A stretch of DNA of 64,000 nucleotides, from positions 62,001 through 126,000 of the forward strand of contig JBDOQK010000070.1 in the NCBI GenBank assembly GCA_040437565.1. The letters are read 5' to 3'. A program made the translations under genes and the position numbers. The notes beneath the pieces were generated by a model that searched no databases, was not told the origin of the DNA, and saw only the letters and a program-made list of their open reading frames with translations. Shown piece after piece: positions 11,870 to 21,700 of this stretch. The first letter of the stretch is position 1; every line of letters begins with the position of its first letter. Source of the stretch: Albugo candida. Its lineage: Eukaryota.

Positions 11870-12604
11870 TTAATGTTCCTGTTTTAAACCAATCAAATAG
11901 CTGAGGAAAATAAGGTGCATTGTATATAGAGTTTTGATCACAAACGGATGGTCTTCCGAATGGAAAATTTTCAAAAATCGATCGAAAGGAAATCCTGGGA
12001 ATCTTCTTTCCGTGTATTGCCGAGTGGACTGTAAAAGTCCTTTCAAGTACATTTCCATATCGCCTTCTTCCGGTGCATTGCGATAGAAATCCGGTGGAAA
12101 ACGTTCTTTTACGAATTTTTTCACACGATTAAGGAAAGACGGGTGCCTCAATAATGATCCATCGTTGTGAGGGATTCCTGAAAACTCTTTTGTAAACCAA
12201 AGCACAGGCGCATGCATCGAGTTGGACTGCACGTTTGGCTCGACTTTGTTCTGGAGAGTTTGCTGGACAGCAGTTTTGTCGTATTCCGTCCCGCTGTTCT
12301 CATCGAATGCNNNNNNNNNNNNNNNNNNNNNNNNNNNNNNNNNNNNNNNNNNNNNNNNNNNNNNNNNNNNNNNNNNNNNNNNNNNNNNNNNNNNNNNNNN
12401 NNNNNNNNNNTTGTGAGGGATTCCTGAAAACTCTTTTGTAAACCAAAGCACAGGCGCATGCATCGAGTTGGACTGCACGTTTGGCTCGACTTTGTTCTGG
12501 AGAGTTTGCTGGACAGCAGTTTTGTCGTATTCCGTCCCGCTGTTCTCATCGAATGCAACTGAAAGTAGCGCTGTGCATAAGAGTGCGACAATATATTTCA
12601 ACAT
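11870..12604 (-). CDS. Orphan secreted protein, candidate effector (paralogue B, 162 aa after removing the gap duplication)
   Basis: Signal peptide MLKYIVALLCTALLSVA. 12165-12310 is repeated identically at 12411-12556 across the gap. Shares PNVQS..AP.LWF and PGFPF.RFL with 10602-11081. Confidence 0.75.
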   Translation of the reverse strand: MLKYIVALLCTALLSVAFDENSGTEYDKTAVQQTLQNKVEPNVQSNSMHAPVLWFTKEFSGIPHXXXXXXXXXXXXXXXXXXXXXXXXXXXXXXXXXXAFDENSGTEYDKTAVQQTLQNKVEPNVQSNSMHAPVLWFTKEFSGIPHNDGSLLRHPSFLNRVKKFVKERFPPDFYRNAPEEGDMEMYLKGLLQSTRQYTERRFPGFPFDRFLKIFHSEDHPFVIKTLYTMHLIFLSYLIGLKQEH

Positions 12605-12623
12605 TTTTCTTAACAGTCGGAAG

Positions 12624-12639
12624 AAAATTGATAAATGAG
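12624..12639 (-). promoter_or_regulatory. Oomycete Inr+FPR core promoter element
   Basis: The minus strand reads CTCATTTATCAATTTT, one mismatch to CTCATTYYNCAWTTT, 20 nt upstream of the ATG at 12604. Confidence 0.6.
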
Positions 12640-13050
12640 GAGAAAGTGAAGCTTGAGTCAAAACGCTTCTATTTTTTATTTGACTGTTAGCTCAGCGAGC
12701 GTCGTGGCAATGTTATTGGGACTGACTATAGAATGAGTGAAGGGATCCGAGGTGACTAAAGGTACGGAAAAGTTGATGCCTCACACGATATGAAGTTGGG
12801 TTACTATTGCAATAAAATGTCTCTAGGGCAATATGGCAATTCATATATGAATTGTGAACAGATACTGCCGTAATGACTTGGGACCGAAGGAATTCATAGC
12901 CACAACTACTCGGTCAAGAGCGTTTGACGGGCGAGTGCAGTCATTCGTCAAAATAAGTAAAGTTGATAGAAAGAATCCCAACACGTCAAAATTACAGTTT
13001 TGCTCGATTTTAGCTTACGTGTATACCTCATAGCAAGTATCAAAATGTAA

Positions 13051-14049
13051 TTATTCCGCTTTCTTACGTGCTTCTGCAAACATGAAATCGTAATCTTGAA
13101 TTTGACTCTTAAGTGCATCTCTTTCTTGTTCCAGCGTTGTCAAATCTTTTGCTTGCTTGCGAATCGTTTCTTCCTTCACCGACAGCTTTTTCTCTGTATC
13201 TTTTGTCACCAACAGAGTTTTTTCTTCCAGCAATTGCATGAACGCCGAGTTTTGACCATTTGCCTGTTTTTGTAATATCTCGACTTGACGTTTCAACTGC
13301 TCCCTTTCTTTTTCTACCAATTGCAATTGTGTTTGAAAAGTACTATTTTCATCCAATAATCGCTCTAATATCGGTTTGCCCTCGGAATCTTTTTCTTGAT
13401 CGCTTGTATCGGATTTTATCAAGCTCGTCAGCTTTTGCATTTTTACTTTGGCCACCTCTTGCTCTTCCAGCAGAGATTTGAATCCTGCAGACGCGCCTTC
13501 TGCTTGTTTCCGCATAGCCTGCAAGCTTTTGTCCAGGCGTATGTTGGTCTCAATAGAATGATACACCAAACGCAAGAGCCTAAAATAATGTAAAAACGAG
13601 TTGACTGGGAATCAAATGCAATCGTACAAGAATAGGAAGAGGCTGAATCCGGTGATGTATAGATCACGTTGCGCTGTGAGCAATCGAATACGCATCCCAT
13701 CGCTTAACATTGCATCCGACATGTAATAACTCGCGCACGTGTGCGCATTTGCTGCAGAAAAGATAAGTTTTCATGAATGCGCTATAGATAGTGTACGTAC
13801 ACAGAAACAAAATGACGACGACAGCAAGTATGATATTGCTAGTGTACAAACACGAATTTAGGCGTGAATATGAGCATATTCGAACGGTACGTACGCAGTA
13901 TTACTGGCAATCGAATTCTTGCCGCCCAGGTGACACGATAAGAATTGAACGATTCTCTGCGCTCCAGTTTTCCCAAACGGCAAGCTCAACAGGAGACAGA
14001 TCATTGCCTCCAAGCACATTAGCCAAAACATGAGATAATTTAGCAACAT
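13051..14049 (-). CDS. BAP29/BAP31 family ER membrane protein (multi-exon)
   Basis: MLLNYLMFWLMCLEAMICLLLSLPF, a QRDLYITGFSLFL-type third TM, a C-terminal coiled coil and a KKAE* di-lysine ER-retrieval signal. Confidence 0.85.
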
Positions 14050-14219
14050 TGCTGTAGCAAAGTGAGTCGAATGAATTTCCAATCACGTTCTTTTAATTCT
14101 TAGGTTCGATACTTAAGTATTCTCCAGTTGCGATTCATGTGCGAAAAACCCTACCCACATTAATACAAAGTACTAATTAAGGAACCTATCCAACGTCTTC
14201 GCACTTATGCAAAGTTTGT

Positions 14220-15899
14220 TTATAAATCCAGCAACATTCGTGTCGGATCCTCGATAGTTTCCGCGATAAACTTTAAAAAAAGAACAGCTTCACGTCCATC
14301 GATAATACGATGATCGTACGTAAGCGCTAAGTACATCATCGGTCGTGCCACAATCTTGCCATCCAATACAACAGGTCGCATTTTCGTCGCATGCATTCCT
14401 AAAATTCCAGACTGAGGAAGATTGATTATCGGTGTACCCATCAAGGAGCCAAATACGCCACCATTCGAAATGGTGAAATTTCCGCCAGTCATTTCCTCCA
14501 GTGTGATTTTTCCTGTGCGCGCGCGCTCCGCTAATTCTGTCAATTGCTTCTCAATTTCTGCAAAGGTCAAAGACTCGGTATTTCGGATCACTGGCGTCAC
14601 TAATCCTTTCGGCGTTGAGACGGCCACATTCACATCCACAAAGTCGCGATAAATAATCTCTTGATTCTCGTCGTCGATCATTGCATTCACGCCTGGAATG
14701 TAGAGTAGTGCATGCGATGCTGCTTTCACGAATGCCGACATGAAACCCAGTTTTACTCCGTGTTTGGACTCGAATGCTTCTTTGTATTGCTTTCGTAATT
14801 GCATAAGATTCGTCATGTCCACTTCTTGGAATGTTGTCAGGCTCGCAGCAGTATTTTGTGATTCTTTTAGTCGCTCTGCGGTACGAATTCGCATACGACT
14901 CATTTTTTCACGACGAGTCGAACGTTCAGGTGATTTGTACAGTGGGGTCACAGTGTTTTTCTCAATAGGAGCAGGTTTTGGATCGTTTTCCTTTGGTTCT
15001 GGAGCTTTGGATGGAGCAGTGTGTGTGTTTGTTTCGGGTGGCGGGGCGCTTTGTTTGAGCTCCTGCTGTGTTTCTTCATGTGGCGATTGATCGTTTGAAG
15101 GAGATATTCGAAACAATGGAGCGTCTATCTGCACCATTTCATCCACTTTAGCCAGCATCTCTTCAAGTATGCCCGATTTCGGAGATCGAATGTCCACACT
15201 CACCTTATCCGTTTCGATAACCACGACCACTTCATCCTTTTTGACGTGGTCTCCTTTCTCCTTGACCCACTGGACGATGGTTCCCTCCGAAATGGAATCG
15301 CCCATGGATGGTACACGTACGACTTCGGCCGCATTCCGATTCGTTTCCTGATTCTGAGAATTTGGATGCGCCTCCTTTGAGACTTCCTGATCTGATTTCT
15401 GATTCTGATCAGAGCGTTCAGAATTCTGATTCTTGTCAGATTCGATGCTTTTTGGATCGCTTTCCACTGAACGATCCGGATTCGTATTTAGCTGAAATAA
15501 GGGTGCTCCAACATTGACATTTTGGTCAATAGTGGCCAATTGTTTTTCCAAAATGCCAGAAATAGGAGAGCGTACATCCACACTCACTTTATCGGTTTCT
15601 AGAATGACTATCACTTCATCTTGTTCCACGCTTTCACCGCATTTTTTTACCCATTCAACTACGGTTCCTTCTGATATAGAATCTCCCATAGAAGGAACGT
15701 TGATCGTCTCAGTAGAAAACGTCCTGTTGTAAGGTCTTGATGAAGCACCGGATTGAGACAATGAAGTGAGATACATTTGACCAGAAGGACGAGATGCGTA
15801 GCGATGTTGCAGTAAATCAACTCTGTGGGATGTAGTGTATCTACGAAGAGAAAAAGGTCTCCATACCGTCACACGTAACATTTTCGGAAAGCGTTGCAT
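14220..15899 (-). CDS. DLST: Dihydrolipoamide succinyltransferase (E2 of 2-oxoglutarate dehydrogenase), mitochondrial, two lipoyl domains
   Basis: Transit peptide; two VPSMGDSISEGT..ETDKVSVD lipoyl domains; catalytic domain with FTISNGGVFGSLMGTPIINLPQ and YLALTYDHRIIDGREAV. Confidence 0.96.
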   Translation of the reverse strand: MQRFPKMLRVTVWRPFSLRRYTTSHRVDLLQHRYASRPSGQMYLTSLSQSGASSRPYNRTFSTETINVPSMGDSISEGTVVEWVKKCGESVEQDEVIVILETDKVSVDVRSPISGILEKQLATIDQNVNVGAPLFQLNTNPDRSVESDPKSIESDKNQNSERSDQNQKSDQEVSKEAHPNSQNQETNRNAAEVVRVPSMGDSISEGTIVQWVKEKGDHVKKDEVVVVIETDKVSVDIRSPKSGILEEMLAKVDEMVQIDAPLFRISPSNDQSPHEETQQELKQSAPPPETNTHTAPSKAPEPKENDPKPAPIEKNTVTPLYKSPERSTRREKMSRMRIRTAERLKESQNTAASLTTFQEVDMTNLMQLRKQYKEAFESKHGVKLGFMSAFVKAASHALLYIPGVNAMIDDENQEIIYRDFVDVNVAVSTPKGLVTPVIRNTESLTFAEIEKQLTELAERARTGKITLEEMTGGNFTISNGGVFGSLMGTPIINLPQSGILGMHATKMRPVVLDGKIVARPMMYLALTYDHRIIDGREAVLFLKFIAETIEDPTRMLLDL

Positions 15900-16000
15900 C
15901 CGAAGAGTGAGATATTCGAATTTGGCGTCGGATTTGTATCGTACTTAAACGAGTGGATAGGAAAATTACGGTCATTTACGGTAATTCTTACAATCAAAAA

Positions 16001-16953
16001 ATGAGTTTTCGGATGCATTTCGGCTCTAAAGCGAATAAAAAGTCGTCAAAAAGTGAAAAAAAGTTCGGTTTATTCAAACCATTCGATACAACCAAATCAG
16101 ATGATTCAAAGGATACTAGCAACGCGCTAAATACGGCAAGTACGTCCTCACGTTCTCTATCAAATCCAAAATTTACTGTCCCGGCGTCTAAATCGATCAC
16201 AACGCACCATAAACGCATGCATGAAGAAGCTCTGGCACAAGATCCTTCGATTTTTGACTACGATGCCGTCTACGACACCATACACGCACCTAAACCATTA
16301 AATACCTCCCAGAAGCTGTCTTCCACACAAAAGGTACACAAGCACATCGTTGCTAACTGCAACCTAACACTTTCTAACAGAAGCCAAAGTATATTAACGC
16401 AATAATGGAAAAAGCCAAAATTCGTGAAATGGAACACGAGCGTATCCGAGAGCGACGATTACAGCGTGAAAGAGAGGAAGAAGAGGAGCAATATGGTGAG
16501 AAAGAGAAGCTGATTTCCGCCTCGTACAAACGTAAACTCATGGAACGAAAGGAATGGGAATTGGAAGACATGCGACTCGAGAAGCAAGAACAGACACAAG
16601 ACGTTCGTCTACGAGGTGAAGAAGGAATGGCTGCATTTTACGCGAATCTCACGACCAAAAATATCGCTTTGGGTGGTAATATTGAAGCTGCTACGAGTGC
16701 TTATACGGTGAAAGAAGCTGATGAGACAAATGACAAAAAGGAGAACGTTGAGGTCAAAAGGAAGCGAGCGGCAGAAATGGAGGACGCCGAGATCAAACAG
16801 AACCCATCAGAAGAAAACGAGACTGAATTTACATCATTATTGGCAGACGAGCCTTCATCCGTTAAAAGGAAGAAAGAAGTGGAGAAACGGAGTGAAGACG
16901 TTATTGCTGCGGCTAAAGCACGTTTCCTGGCGAGAAAATCCGAGCGTCAATAG
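16001..16953 (+). CDS. NSRP1: Nuclear speckle splicing regulatory protein 1 / CCDC55 (DUF2040)
   Basis: EALAQDPSIFDYDAVYD, intron 16334-16380, KPKYINAIMEKAKIREMEHE..ER.LQRERE..EQYGEKEKLISASYKRKL, and C-terminal AAKARFLARK. Confidence 0.85.
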
Positions 16954-16986
16954 GTTCCGCGATACGAATAGATCGTTGTCTATTTC

Positions 16987-18219
16987 TCAGTCATTGCGCA
17001 CTCTATCGCAATAATGTGATAATGGAATGGATTGTTGGTTTAGTCGAAGTAGGGAGCACACTGCCAAAACTTCCAAATCCTGAAATCGATCACATTTTTC
17101 ATTCTTCCTCAGCATTGACGATTTTGGATGACACGTAGCAAAGCACTCGTTTGAGTTGATAGAACTGGGTTGCGGATACTTTGGTTCCAAAGAGATGTCA
17201 TTTCTCGATATTAAGTGGGAGATGGGGGCCAATGGACGTGTCAATGGACGCTTTCGATTCAGAATATTGAGATTACATTGCGGGCTCCAGGCGAAGTTTG
17301 GAGAGGATGCGTTTGATTCGATGTGGGTATCTGTATTTGGAGTGTGTACATGAAATGAGGATATATTATTCTTCTTCGGTTTCGGCGTTTGACTTTGAAT
17401 TGAAGACGATATGAGATTTTCGGCAAGTGTTGTGTACACATGAGGGAAGGATTCATTGTGATGATTCGATATCGGCGTGGATACATTTATCAGAGGCGTG
17501 TCATTGTGATCCGAATGTGAATTGTCTTCGTGGATCGAGGAGGAGTTGTGAGGTTGTAGAGGTATTGAGGACGTGCTAGCATTTGCGAGAATATCCACGG
17601 GTGGGTTTCCACCTCGAGGACCACCTCGACCCGTCGATAGAAATCGCTTGACTTCAACACCCGACTGGCGTAATACGGGTTGCCATAACCGTTTTCGCGC
17701 ATTTGTAAACCAGTTCGATAACTGTTTCATGTCAATTCCCGTCTCATTGACCAGTTTTTCCTTTTCTTCCTCATTCGGGTACGGATGAATGAAATGTTCT
17801 GGAGAAAACATCCATGCTTTCAAGATATTTTTGGCTTGCGCGTTGAGGGTGCCTCGTCGCGTCCCCTTTTTTTTGAACGAAGAATCATCCGAATGAAGTG
17901 CAGAAGGATTCAAGGCGGAATGTTTCGGTGGCGTTATCACTTTAACGTCGGGCGACGTGAGGGGACACGACTTGGGTTCTGATTGTGAGGCTGAATGAGG
18001 TGTCTCACAGAAGGACGGTGTGATCGTGTATACAGTATACTTTTCATCAGGTGCTTGTGGCAGTATACAATGAGTTGGTGCGCTTTCTGCTGTGAAAAAA
18101 TCCGGTGCGTCGGTTTGTGTGCGTACTCTGTTCAAAAGATTGACCCGATTCGGTGACGACGTCATGGAGGGTGCAATTGAGAGCATGAGATTTGAGTATC
18201 TGGCCGGAGCACTTGACAT
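16987..18219 (-). CDS. TALE-class homeodomain transcription factor
   Basis: RRGTLNAQAKNILKAWMF..HPYPNEEEKEKL..ETGIDMKQLSNWFTNARKRLWQP. The first in-frame ATG is at 18219. Confidence 0.9.
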   Translation of the reverse strand: MSSAPARYSNLMLSIAPSMTSSPNRVNLLNRVRTQTDAPDFFTAESAPTHCILPQAPDEKYTVYTITPSFCETPHSASQSEPKSCPLTSPDVKVITPPKHSALNPSALHSDDSSFKKKGTRRGTLNAQAKNILKAWMFSPEHFIHPYPNEEEKEKLVNETGIDMKQLSNWFTNARKRLWQPVLRQSGVEVKRFLSTGRGGPRGGNPPVDILANASTSSIPLQPHNSSSIHEDNSHSDHNDTPLINVSTPISNHHNESFPHVYTTLAENLISSSIQSQTPKPKKNNISSFHVHTPNTDTHIESNASSPNFAWSPQCNLNILNRKRPLTRPLAPISHLISRNDISLEPKYPQPSSINSNECFATCHPKSSMLRKNEKCDRFQDLEVLAVCSLLRLNQQSIPLSHYCDRVRND

Positions 18220-18828
18220 GTGCTTGCAACCGGTTCTGTTCAATTCACTTGTCAATGCTGGCTTGAAAGTGAGACGCGGGGAAGAAGAAGCGAGGTGAAA
18301 GTTCGTGACACGTTTTGACGTTGAGTGCAGTGAGAAATGCTTCAACCCGTTTCCTTTGTCAAAGTCTCTTGGCGTGGGTCCGTCTTATCAATTCAAAAAT
18401 CAGATATGAAAAGCATTGAATAGCCTTGTGAGCCGTTGCCATCACTGTTACTTTCAAGTTTCTGTTATTTGATTGTTGAGGTGGCGTTGATGAGGCTTCA
18501 AGGTTCTGCCCTTTGAGGGTTCGACTCTTCAACTTGATATGCAAATCACACATTTGGTACTGATTGGGTTCCGTTACCAGAACAGTAATTTAATAAGGCG
18601 CTACATGATCCGCCAATCAAAATAGGATTTCCATGGCAAATCATTACAATGATAATTTCACAAGTTTGCGTAGACAAGTATAGCGTCGCGTCAGCTCGTC
18701 ATGTATACTACGACGCGATCCGAATCAACAGTCGTGTATAGTATGAGGCTTGTTACATGAGAAAATTGACTTGTCCCCTTCTTGTATTCACTAACTTAAC
18801 AAAAGTTCGATCCTTAACACGAGTCGTC

Positions 18829-19298
18829 TTAGTTTTTGCGAGAAGCAGCCAAGGACTTCTTGACAAGAGTCGATTTTTGTTTCCGTGCAATCATGGTCTT
18901 GAACCGGTCAAAGTCATTGCACTGAGCTCGAGTAACCTTTTTGCTCAGTTTCTTTGCCCACGCGGTATTGTTCCATTTCTCCACGATCGATCCCTTCTGC
19001 AGGGCTTGTTTCAAGGTTTTCTCACGCGGTTGACGAGGTACTTGGACGACAAGATCGGTCAATGCAAGCCGTTTGAAAGGAATCACTTGACGTCTGACAC
19101 CGGTTACTGATTCCGGTCCGTCTATAAGTGCTTTATTTTCATCCAATACATCGATGATGGTCGCGATTTTGCCACAGTCAGGTCCGTAATTTACTAGCGC
19201 AACACGTCCAATAGTTACAAATCGGGTAAAAGTCTATAGTGAACACAAGTGTTGTAAACAACGGAGCGCATCAGCAACGTGACATAACTTCCTACCAT
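18829..19298 (-). CDS. RPL14: 60S ribosomal protein L14 (eL14)
   Basis: The coding part of exon 1 is ATG only (19298-19296), then intron 19295-19234, then TFTRFVTIGRVALVNYGPDCGKIATIIDVLDENKALIDGP...NDFDRFK. Confidence 0.95.
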
Positions 19299-19499
19299 TT
19301 TTGTCTGCGCCCAATCAAGTTACTAAGTTTTCGTTGCGCACCACCCACTGGTTCACCTACACCTTTACCGATCTTATCCAATGATCATGTCTAAACCATC
19401 AAACGTACCAGATCTTAAGTTCGTAATAGTCTGCTGCAAAATCGCAACGCTTTCAGTGGCTGCTAACAGTTTCATTCTGCGCTCTTTTCTTACTCAGCC

Positions 19500-20405
19500 A
19501 TGACGTTTGTTAAGGTCACCAAGAACAAAGCTTATTTCAAACGATATCAGGTCAAATATCGCCGTCGTCGTGAAGGAAAGACGGATTATCGTGCCCGAAA
19601 ACGACTCATCACGCAAGATAAAAACAAATACAACTCACCAAAATATCGTTTAGTGGTTCGTATCACAAACACTAAAGTTATTTGTCAAATTGCGTACGCG
19701 GAAATTGATGGTGACAAGATTCTCGCTGAAGCGACATCAACCGAGTTGCCTCGCTACGGGCTCAAAGTCGGATTCAAAAACTATTCGGCTGCATATGCAA
19801 CAGGTTTATTGCTTGGTCGACGAGTTCTCCAAACACTTGGACTCGATGAAAAGTACGAAGGCAACACTGAAGTTGATGCTGAAGTTGTGAAAACGGAAGT
19901 AAACGGGCGAACTTACTACGTGAATGAAGTTGCAGACGACGGTCGTCCGTTCCGCTGTTATTTGGATGTTGGTCTTCGTACGACCACAACGGGAAACCGT
20001 GTGTTTGGTGCACTCAAGGGAGCAATTGACGCCGGTTTGGACATTCCACACAGTGTGAAACGCTTTCCAGGATACGATCGTGAAAGCGATAAGTACGATG
20101 CCGAAGTTCACCGCGACCGCATCTTTGGCATTCACATCAGCGACCACATGAAAGAGCTGGCAGAAGATGATCCAGAGATGTTGAAGACCCAATACGCGGG
20201 TTACGTCAAAGCTGAAATCGACCCGGATGACATGGAAGATCTGTACACTCAGGTGCACCAAGCCATTCGTGAAGATCCGTCGCGTGCACCTAAAACGGAG
20301 ATGCAATTCGACAAAAAGTACAAACGACCTGCGAAACGTTCCCGCCAACAACGCGCAGCTAGAGTCGCGCAGAAAAAAGCGTACGCTAAGAGTAAGGAAG
20401 AATGA
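19500..20405 (+). CDS. RPL5: 60S ribosomal protein L5 (uL18)
   Basis: [36 protein letters not shown]...[21 protein letters not shown]. Confidence 0.98.
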   Translation: MTFVKVTKNKAYFKRYQVKYRRRREGKTDYRARKRLITQDKNKYNSPKYRLVVRITNTKVICQIAYAEIDGDKILAEATSTELPRYGLKVGFKNYSAAYATGLLLGRRVLQTLGLDEKYEGNTEVDAEVVKTEVNGRTYYVNEVADDGRPFRCYLDVGLRTTTTGNRVFGALKGAIDAGLDIPHSVKRFPGYDRESDKYDAEVHRDRIFGIHISDHMKELAEDDPEMLKTQYAGYVKAEIDPDDMEDLYTQVHQAIREDPSRAPKTEMQFDKKYKRPAKRSRQQRAARVAQKKAYAKSKEE

Positions 20406-20575
20406 AATTTGGGTCTCTGACGCTAATTTTTGATAAGAAAAGAGCCGTTCTTGTAATTTTCATAATGTGATGTGTTGAGACATTTGGGACGGGTGAGAGT
20501 GTCTCATGGATACCGGGAGGCTGTTGACAACTTGTTTTTCCCAGTTGTGATTGATTCAACGCAAGTTGGGAAAAA

Positions 20576-21533
20576 TGTTGCTAAACTACGTATTGCTTGC
20601 GATTTTGGGAGCCGAAGCGCTGATCAGTATTTTATTGAGTATTCCGTATGGAAATCGGTTGGCGCAACATTCTGTGCAGTTTGTGTCGTATCAAGTGCGA
20701 AATAATTACTCCGTGGCGGTGTTTGCGTGCGTACATTTTCCTTTATGTCACGCTGCTTCGAACTTAGTGAGTTTTGTGATCAGAAATGTTGTCTTGGCGC
20801 TCATCGCAATCCTATGCTTATGTACGTTGTTGGTGTCGGATGTTGGCTGATTGAGATATTAATCAGAGCGATGAACAGCAAATCTCAACACGTGTTGGAG
20901 CTATCNNNNNNNNNNNNNNNNNNNNNNNNNNNNNNNNNNNNNNNNNNNNNNNNNNNNNNNNNNNNNNNNNNNNNNNNNNNNNNNNNNNNNNNNNNNNNNN
21001 NNNNNATGTCACGCTGCTTCGAACTTAGTGAGTTTTGTGATCAGAAATGTTGTCTTGGCGCTCATCGCAATCCTATGCTTATGTACGTTGTTGGTGTCGG
21101 ATGTTGGCTGATTGAGATATTAATCAGAGCGATGAACAGCAAATCTCAACACGTGTTGGAGCTATCGTCAGGAAACGGTGCTCAGTGATGGCTTGCGCAT
21201 ACGTCATCTGACAGCACAACGTGATTTATGCATCACTGGATTTACACTGTTCTTGATGTTGTACGTTTGTATCACATTGTGTTCAAAGCGCTTGCATCTT
21301 CCTCATCGTTATATAGATTGCTGCGATTGGTCTATAATTTGATCGAAATCAATTTACAACTGGAAGAGAAAGTAAATGCTGGAAGCAGTGCAAAGGAACA
21401 ATGCAGTATGTAGCGCTTTGTTTCCGAAGGTTACATATATGCGCTAACTGTTATCTCAGAAGCAAAAACTTTAGTAAACGAAATGCAAGTGGATGATTTA
21501 CTTGCAGGAAAGAGTTCGGCAGCGACACAGTGA
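20576..21533 (+). CDS. Second BAP31-like protein (short tail; 3' end uncertain; gap duplication inside)
   Basis: MLLNYVLLAILGAEALISILLSIPYG and LRIRHLTAQRDLCITGFTLFLML..LLRLVYNLIEINLQLEEK match the 13051-14049 gene. 20745-20905 is duplicated after the gap. Confidence 0.7.
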
Positions 21534-21700
21534 TGTGATTTGGTTGTGTCTAGTCATTGCTAAATGATTGAATGAATTTCTACCACCTTATTGTAAAAAC
21601 CGGTGTGATCAAAACCATGACTATTACGAGTAAACTTACTTAATCGAGACAAAAAAGTGCGTTCTCATCAGAACGCCTTTTTCGAAAAAGTTCAGACGCA

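Noticed and set aside
12165-12556. Apparent internal tandem repeat in the secreted protein
   Set aside because: Exact duplication on either side of a 100-N gap; collapsing it gives a length matching the paralogue.
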